64,000 nucleotides of DNA from an uncultured Gemmatimonadaceae bacterium (GTDB lineage Bacteria; Gemmatimonadota; Gemmatimonadetes; Gemmatimonadales; Gemmatimonadaceae): contig CAWAGQ010000004.1 of assembly GCA_963781585.1 (NCBI GenBank), positions 224,001 through 288,000 of the forward strand, written 5' to 3'. The notes under the pieces are model-generated. The model saw only the letters and a program-made list of their open reading frames with translations. It was not told the origin of the DNA and did not search any database. The translations under genes were made by a program, and so were the position numbers. Positions 58,659-64,000 of the stretch are shown here, one piece after another. Within the stretch, counting starts at the first letter, position 1. The number at the start of each line of letters is the position of its first letter.

Positions 58659-60953
58659 TTGGACGCAATCTTCCGGTTCCTCTTCAAGTATCAGCCCGTT
58701 GTGTTCGAACGGGGGCACCTGGCGTTTGCCTGGCCACTCCCCCCACTCCTGTTGTCGCTCCTGGGAGCTGCCGCGATCGGCGTCGGAACCTGGCTCTACC
58801 TCCGACCGCGGTCGTCGCTTGCGCCGCGGGATCGGTGGAGCCTCGCGGCGTTGCGGGCCACCGCGCTCGCCGTGCTGGTGGTCTGTCTCGCCAGACCCAT
58901 TCTCGTAGTCTCCACGGCCATTCCGCAGCGAAACGTCGTCGGCGTGGTGATCGACGATTCGCGGAGCATGCGCATCCCCGATGTGCAGCAACTTCCGCGA
59001 GGCGACTACGCCTGGCACGAATTCGGAGGGCCTGACAGCGCGCTCTACAAGGCGCTGGCCAAGCGCTTTCAGGTTCGCTTCTTCCGCACCTCGGGAGCGG
59101 GAGGGCGTGCCGACGACCTCGCGGGTCTCGACTTCACCGGCGCCCGAACGCATCTCGCGACGGCGCTCCTCCGTGCCGAGGAAGAGCTGGCGGGAGCGCC
59201 GGTCGCGGGGATGATCCTGGTGTCCGACGGCGCCGACAACACCGCCACCATGCCCGGCGCGACGCCCATGCTCGAGCAGCTGCTGGGCCTCCGCGCGCGA
59301 CGGATCCCGGTGTACGCCATCGGCGTCGGCTCGCAGCGATTCGACAAGGACATAGAGGTGTCGCGCGTGGACGTGCCACGCACGGTGCTCCGGAACGCGT
59401 CACTGCTCCTGGACGCAGTCGTGACTCAGCGCGGCTACGCCGGCGCCAAGGTGCCCCTCATCGTCGAGGACTCCGGTCGCATTGTGGCGTCTCGCGAGAT
59501 TACCCTCCCGAAGGACGGCGAGGCCGCGGTGGTCAGCGTCCGGATCCCCACGAGCGAACGAGGGGCCCGGACACTGCGGGTTCGGGTGCCGAACCAGCCC
59601 AGCGAGCTGGTGCGCGAGAACAACGAGCGTTCCGCGCTCGTCGTGGTGCGTGATCGGCGGGAGAAGATCCTGTATGTCGAAGGCGAGCCCCGCCCAGAGC
59701 TGAAGTTCATCCGCCGCGCCATCGAGAACGACGAGAACCTCCAACTCGTCACGCTCCTCCGATCCGCGAAGGAGAAGTTCTATCGGATGAGCGTCGACGA
59801 CAGCCTGGAGCTGGCGACCGGTTTTCCCAAGACGCGCGAGGAGCTTTTCAGCTATCGCGGTGTGGTGTTGGGCAGTTTGGAGGCGAGCTTCTTCACGGTC
59901 GATCAGCTGCGGATGCTCTCTGATTTCGTGAGCGTGCGGGGGGGCGGCCTGTTGACCCTGGGTGGCCGGCGGGCCTACGCCGAGGGAGGCTACGCTGCGA
60001 GCGCGCTCTCTGATGCACTGCCCATCGAGCTTGGCGAGCCGGGGGAATACGCGGATTCGGGTGCCATGGAGGTGCAGGTGGTCCCCACGGCCGCGGGGGC
60101 CTCCCACCCGGCCACCCAGATCGCGTCGAGTGACTCGGCGACCGCGCGACAGTGGAAGGTGATGCCGCGGCTGACCATGGTGAACGAGATCGGGCGCCCC
60201 AAACCGGGCGCGACGGTTCTGCTGGAAGGGACGTCGGACAACGGGCGTCGAGAACCGGTATTGGCGTTTCAACGATACGGACGCGGGAAGGCGATCGCCT
60301 TTACGGCGCAGGACTCGTGGCTCTGGCAGATGCACGCCAGCATCGCGGTCGAGGACCAGTCGTTCGAGACGTTCTGGCGACAGGTGCTTCGCTGGTTGGT
60401 GAGCGACGTTCCGGACCGCGTCGATGTGCTTGCGGCAGACGGCGGCGCCGTGGACGAGGCGTCGCGGATACAGGTCATCGTCAGTGATTCCGCCTTCCTG
60501 CGCGCCAACGGTGCCTCGGTCCGCGCGGAAGTCGTGGCTCCGTCGGGCCAACGGTCGCAGCTGCCATTCGAATGGGCCACAGAGCGGGACGGTGAATACC
60601 GCGCGTCGCTCGTCCCGGCGGAGAATGGTGTGCATGAGGTGCGCGTTTCTGCCGTCCTTGGCAAGGACACGCTTCGCGCGGAACCGGCGTTCGTGCGCGT
60701 GGCCGAACCTACTGCGGAGTATTTCGGGGCACAGCTTCGACCGTCGCTGCTCCGCCAGATCGCGGACGAAACCGGTGGCAAGTACTACCCCGCGGCGGGG
60801 GCCTCACAGGTTGCCGAGGACATCGTATACAGCGCGAGCGGTGCGACCGTGGTGGAGCGCAAGGATCTCTGGGACATGCCGATCCTGTTCCTGGTACTCA
60901 TTGGAGTAGCCGCGTGTGAATGGCTGTATCGGCGTCGTCGGGGGATGGTGTAG
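58659..60953 (+). CDS. Membrane protein with vWA-like and glutamine-amidotransferase-like domains
   Basis: IDDSRSM and VSDGADN MIDAS-like motifs, ENN, RGGGLLTLGG, YGRGK, EWLYRRRRG end. Confidence 0.85.
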   Translation: MDAIFRFLFKYQPVVFERGHLAFAWPLPPLLLSLLGAAAIGVGTWLYLRPRSSLAPRDRWSLAALRATALAVLVVCLARPILVVSTAIPQRNVVGVVIDDSRSMRIPDVQQLPRGDYAWHEFGGPDSALYKALAKRFQVRFFRTSGAGGRADDLAGLDFTGARTHLATALLRAEEELAGAPVAGMILVSDGADNTATMPGATPMLEQLLGLRARRIPVYAIGVGSQRFDKDIEVSRVDVPRTVLRNASLLLDAVVTQRGYAGAKVPLIVEDSGRIVASREITLPKDGEAAVVSVRIPTSERGARTLRVRVPNQPSELVRENNERSALVVVRDRREKILYVEGEPRPELKFIRRAIENDENLQLVTLLRSAKEKFYRMSVDDSLELATGFPKTREELFSYRGVVLGSLEASFFTVDQLRMLSDFVSVRGGGLLTLGGRRAYAEGGYAASALSDALPIELGEPGEYADSGAMEVQVVPTAAGASHPATQIASSDSATARQWKVMPRLTMVNEIGRPKPGATVLLEGTSDNGRREPVLAFQRYGRGKAIAFTAQDSWLWQMHASIAVEDQSFETFWRQVLRWLVSDVPDRVDVLAADGGAVDEASRIQVIVSDSAFLRANGASVRAEVVAPSGQRSQLPFEWATERDGEYRASLVPAENGVHEVRVSAVLGKDTLRAEPAFVRVAEPTAEYFGAQLRPSLLRQIADETGGKYYPAAGASQVAEDIVYSASGATVVERKDLWDMPILFLVLIGVAACEWLYRRRRGMV

Positions 60954-60955
60954 GA

Positions 60956-61991
60956 ATGATGCGGCGTGCAGGAAAACGGTGGTGCTCGGTCGCGTTCCCG
61001 TCGATAGCGTTGCTGTCAGGGGGGGGGCCCCGGGCCGTCGTGGCCCAGGCGCCGCCGCGCGTTTTCGTGCTCATCGTGACCGGGGCCAGCGGCGAGCCAC
61101 GCTTCGCGACGATGTTTCACGCGCAGGCGATGGCCCTGCGCGCAGCGGCGACCACCCGGCTGGGGGTTCCCGACTCGATGGTGACCTACCTCTCCGAGGA
61201 CCCCGGCCGCGATCCGCGCGCCATCAGCGGCCGCTCAACACGCGAGGGCGTCTCTCAGGCCATCGAGGCCATCGCGTCGCGCGCGCATCCCGGGGACGAC
61301 GTGCTGATCCTCCTGCTCGGTCACGGCAGCGCGCAGAACGACCAGTCCCGATTCAACTTGCCAGGGCCGGACTTGACGGCCGCTGACTTCTCCACCCTGC
61401 TCGGCCGCTTGTCGGCGCAACACCTCGCGTTCGTCGATGCCTCGAGCTCGAAGTGGTGACTTCATCAAGCGCGTCTCCGCCCCGGGACGGATTGTGGTGA
61501 CCGCTACCAAGACGGGGTTCGAGGGCAACGAAACGCTGTTCGGACAGCACTTCGTCGAAGCCTATGCGAAGGATGGCGCCGACACCGACAAGGATGGCCG
61601 CGTTTCCCTCCTCGAGGCATTTCTGTACGCGCGCCGCGAGGTGCAGCGCGAGTACGAGCAGTCGAACCGGCTGCAAACCGAGCACGCCATGCTCGATGAC
61701 GACGGAGACGGCGTGGGCCACGCCGACCCGGGGGACAAGGGCCCCGACGGGCTGTTGGCGCGTTCCTTCTTCCTCGCACCGGCTGGCGGCGTTGCCGCGG
61801 CGCTCGCAGGCGATCCACGGGCCACCGAGCTGTTGAACACGCAGCGGGTTCTGCAGTCCCATATCGATTCGTTGCGGCGCCTCCAGGCCACCATGAAGGA
61901 AGAGGACTATCACGCGGCACTCGATCCGCTGCTCCTGAAGCTGGCCGAAACGACTCAGGCGCTTCGCGCACTCGAGGCGAAGAAGCCGTGA
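60956..61991 (+). pseudogene. Caspase/C13-like fold exported protein with an apparent frameshift near 61450
   Basis: LLGHGS...FNLPGPD...ASSS continues in another frame as SGDFIKRVS...ADTDKDGRVSLLEAF. Confidence 0.7.
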
Positions 61992-64000
61992 TGCTGCGCC
62001 TGCTACTCCGACTCGTACCCTGCGCCGTCGCCCTCGCGGTGGCGCCGGTGGCATGCGCACAGGAAACCCCCGGCGGTGTGCTGCGCGCGGCGCGTGAGGC
62101 GCTTGGCACCGGACACTACGCCGATGCGGTCACCGCGGCGCGGCGGGCGATGGCCGCGGATAGCGCCGACTCGGCGCCGGTCCGGACACTGGCCGCGGCG
62201 CTCGCCGCGACCGGCAAGTACAGCGAGGCGGAAGACGCCCTCCTCGCCTTCACGACGACGCATCCCCGCAACCCGGATGCCTGGAATGACCTCGGTGAAC
62301 TGCAGCGGACGCGTGGGCGGCTTGCCCAGGCCGAGGCTTCGTTCCGCCGGGCCATCACCGGGTCGGCGCGTGATTCGCTCACCGCCGTGCTGAATCTCGC
62401 CAGACTGCGGTTCGACCGCGGCGAGGTCGATGAGGCGATGCGCGAGTTCGACCGGTTCATCGACATCTACAACAACCGCCGGGCCCATCTCACCGCGAGC
62501 GAACTGGCTGCGGTGGCCGAAGCGTGCCGGTACCTCGGGCGCAACAACCCGGAGCTCTTCAAGGACGCATTGCGGGCATACGATGACGCCATCGCGGCCG
62601 ACTCCGCCGCGCTCGAACCGCGTGTGCGGCTGGCCGAACTTTTCCTGGAGAAGTATCAGCCGGGCGACGCCGAAGCGACCCTGGCGGCGGTGCTGAAGGC
62701 GAATCCGAACCACGCGGGCGCGCTGCTCGTCATGGCGCGCACCCGATACTTCAACGACGGGTCCGACGCCACCCGCTATCTGCAGCGCAGTCTGGAGGTC
62801 AACCCGGTATCGGCGGACGCCCGCGCCTTTTCGGCGCTCCTGCTCATCGATCTCGAGCGCTACGACGAGGCCGCGGAGGAGGCGCGACGCGGGCTGGCGG
62901 TCGATTCCACGGCTCCGGGCCCTTCGATCGCCCTCGCCGCCGCACTGTACTTGAAGGGAGATACAGCCGCGTTCCAGACCGTGATGGCAGAGGTGCACGC
63001 GCGTGAACCCCGATCAGCGGAGGCGGAGGCGACCCTGGCGGAGGTTGCGGCTCGCAACCGGTTGTATGCGGAGGCGGTGGACTTCGCCCGGGCCGCGGTG
63101 GCGCGCGACGGGAAGGCGGCCGGTGCGCTGGCCACGCTGGGAATTAACGCGCTTCGCCTGGGCGACATCCAACAGGCGCGCGACGACCTGGAGCGAGCCT
63201 TCGCGCTCGACCCGTACAACGTCTGGGCCAAGAACACGCTCGACATGCTCGACACGTTCAAGGACTACGCCGACGTGCATACGCCCCGGTTCGAGCTGGT
63301 GATCGAGAACAAGGACGCTCCGGTGATTTCGCTGTACGCCGAGGCGCTGGCCGAACAGGCGTACGATTCGCTCGCCGCGCGCTACCAGTTCCGTCCGGCC
63401 ACGCCGGTGCGTGTGGAGTTCTACCGCAGCCACGACGATTTCTCGGTGCGCACCGTGGGACTCGGCGGGCTGGGAGCGCTGGGTGTCACGTTCGGCCGTG
63501 TGGTGGCAATGGATTCTCCGGCCGCGCGCAAAGTCGGCGAGTTCAACTGGGGCTCCACACTCTGGCACGAGCTGGCCCATGTTTTCACGTTAGGCAGGAG
63601 CGCCAACCGGGTTCCCCGCTGGTTCGCCGAGGGGCTGTCGGTCTACGAGGAGCGTCGCGCGCGCCCGGCATGGGGGGAGGACGCGTCACCGCTCTTCTTC
63701 GCGGCGTACAAGGGTGGCCAGCTGCCGCGGGTGAGCCGGATGAACGACGGGTTCATGCGTCCCGCCTTCCCGGCCCAGGTGGTCCTCTCCTACTACCAGG
63801 CGTCGCTTGTCTGCCAGATGATCGAGGAGGAGCACGGCATCGGCGCCATTCGCGCCATGCTCGACGGGTATCGCAACGGCAGGACCACCGAGCAGTTGTT
63901 CCATGACGTGCTCCGCACCGATCCGGCGGCGTTCGACGACCACTTCGACAACTGGGTCGGCCAGCACTTCGGGCGGGAGCTGGCCAGCGTCAAGCCAATG
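61991..64000 (+). CDS. TPR-repeat protein with a peptidase MA-like domain, partial (runs off window end)
   Basis: ATG at 61991 with signal peptide; TPR-like helices; in-frame WHELAHVF (His codon at 63566) and PRWFAEGLSVYEE. Confidence 0.85.
   Translation, partial: MLRLLLRLVPCAVALAVAPVACAQETPGGVLRAAREALGTGHYADAVTAARRAMAADSADSAPVRTLAAALAATGKYSEAEDALLAFTTTHPRNPDAWNDLGELQRTRGRLAQAEASFRRAITGSARDSLTAVLNLARLRFDRGEVDEAMREFDRFIDIYNNRRAHLTASELAAVAEACRYLGRNNPELFKDALRAYDDAIAADSAALEPRVRLAELFLEKYQPGDAEATLAAVLKANPNHAGALLVMARTRYFNDGSDATRYLQRSLEVNPVSADARAFSALLLIDLERYDEAAEEARRGLAVDSTAPGPSIALAAALYLKGDTAAFQTVMAEVHAREPRSAEAEATLAEVAARNRLYAEAVDFARAAVARDGKAAGALATLGINALRLGDIQQARDDLERAFALDPYNVWAKNTLDMLDTFKDYADVHTPRFELVIENKDAPVISLYAEALAEQAYDSLAARYQFRPATPVRVEFYRSHDDFSVRTVGLGGLGALGVTFGRVVAMDSPAARKVGEFNWGSTLWHELAHVFTLGRSANRVPRWFAEGLSVYEERRARPAWGEDASPLFFAAYKGGQLPRVSRMNDGFMRPAFPAQVVLSYYQASLVCQMIEEEHGIGAIRAMLDGYRNGRTTEQLFHDVLRTDPAAFDDHFDNWVGQHFGRELASVKPM

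Overview
High-GC bacterial chromosomal window; gene content and style suggest Gemmatimonadota (inference). About 46 kb is housekeeping and accessory host DNA: an acyl-CoA/leucine dehydrogenase cluster, rpiB-glyA, peroxiredoxin, proline dehydrogenase with a DmdA-like GcvT protein, secreted peptidases, nnr-thiL-plsC-eno-ftsB, two tRNA(CAT) genes, ppgK-zwf-gnd-pgl and a vWA/TPR cluster. The main feature is a 17.8 kb element (35325-53140) integrated in the 3' half of a tRNA-Met(CAT) and bounded by an exact 48-bp direct repeat. It is organised like a PICI-type phage satellite: tyrosine integrase, Xis-like HTH, lambda Nu1/Rpp-like packaging protein with an upstream cosQ/cosN-like site, RepA/AAA_25-type helicase with internal iteron-like repeats, two PC4-like ssDNA-binding proteins, a divergent repressor switch, an ImmA/XRE pair and putative defence cargo. 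It has no recognisable capsid, portal or large terminase gene but does carry a 1425-aa tape-measure-like protein. The att core lies inside the integrase gene, so excision would swap the integrase C-terminus (...MSAVL* to ...MSRVDPEGESAAPGENEE*) and place the tape-measure module directly downstream of the main leftward operon. Other notable signals: strong over-representation of the octamer CGTTAGGC, a duplicated 3' end of an S9 peptidase flanking a 1.9 kb insert with an IS630-like relic, and three apparent frameshifts that may be assembly indels. All functional calls come from motifs recognised by eye; no searches were run.
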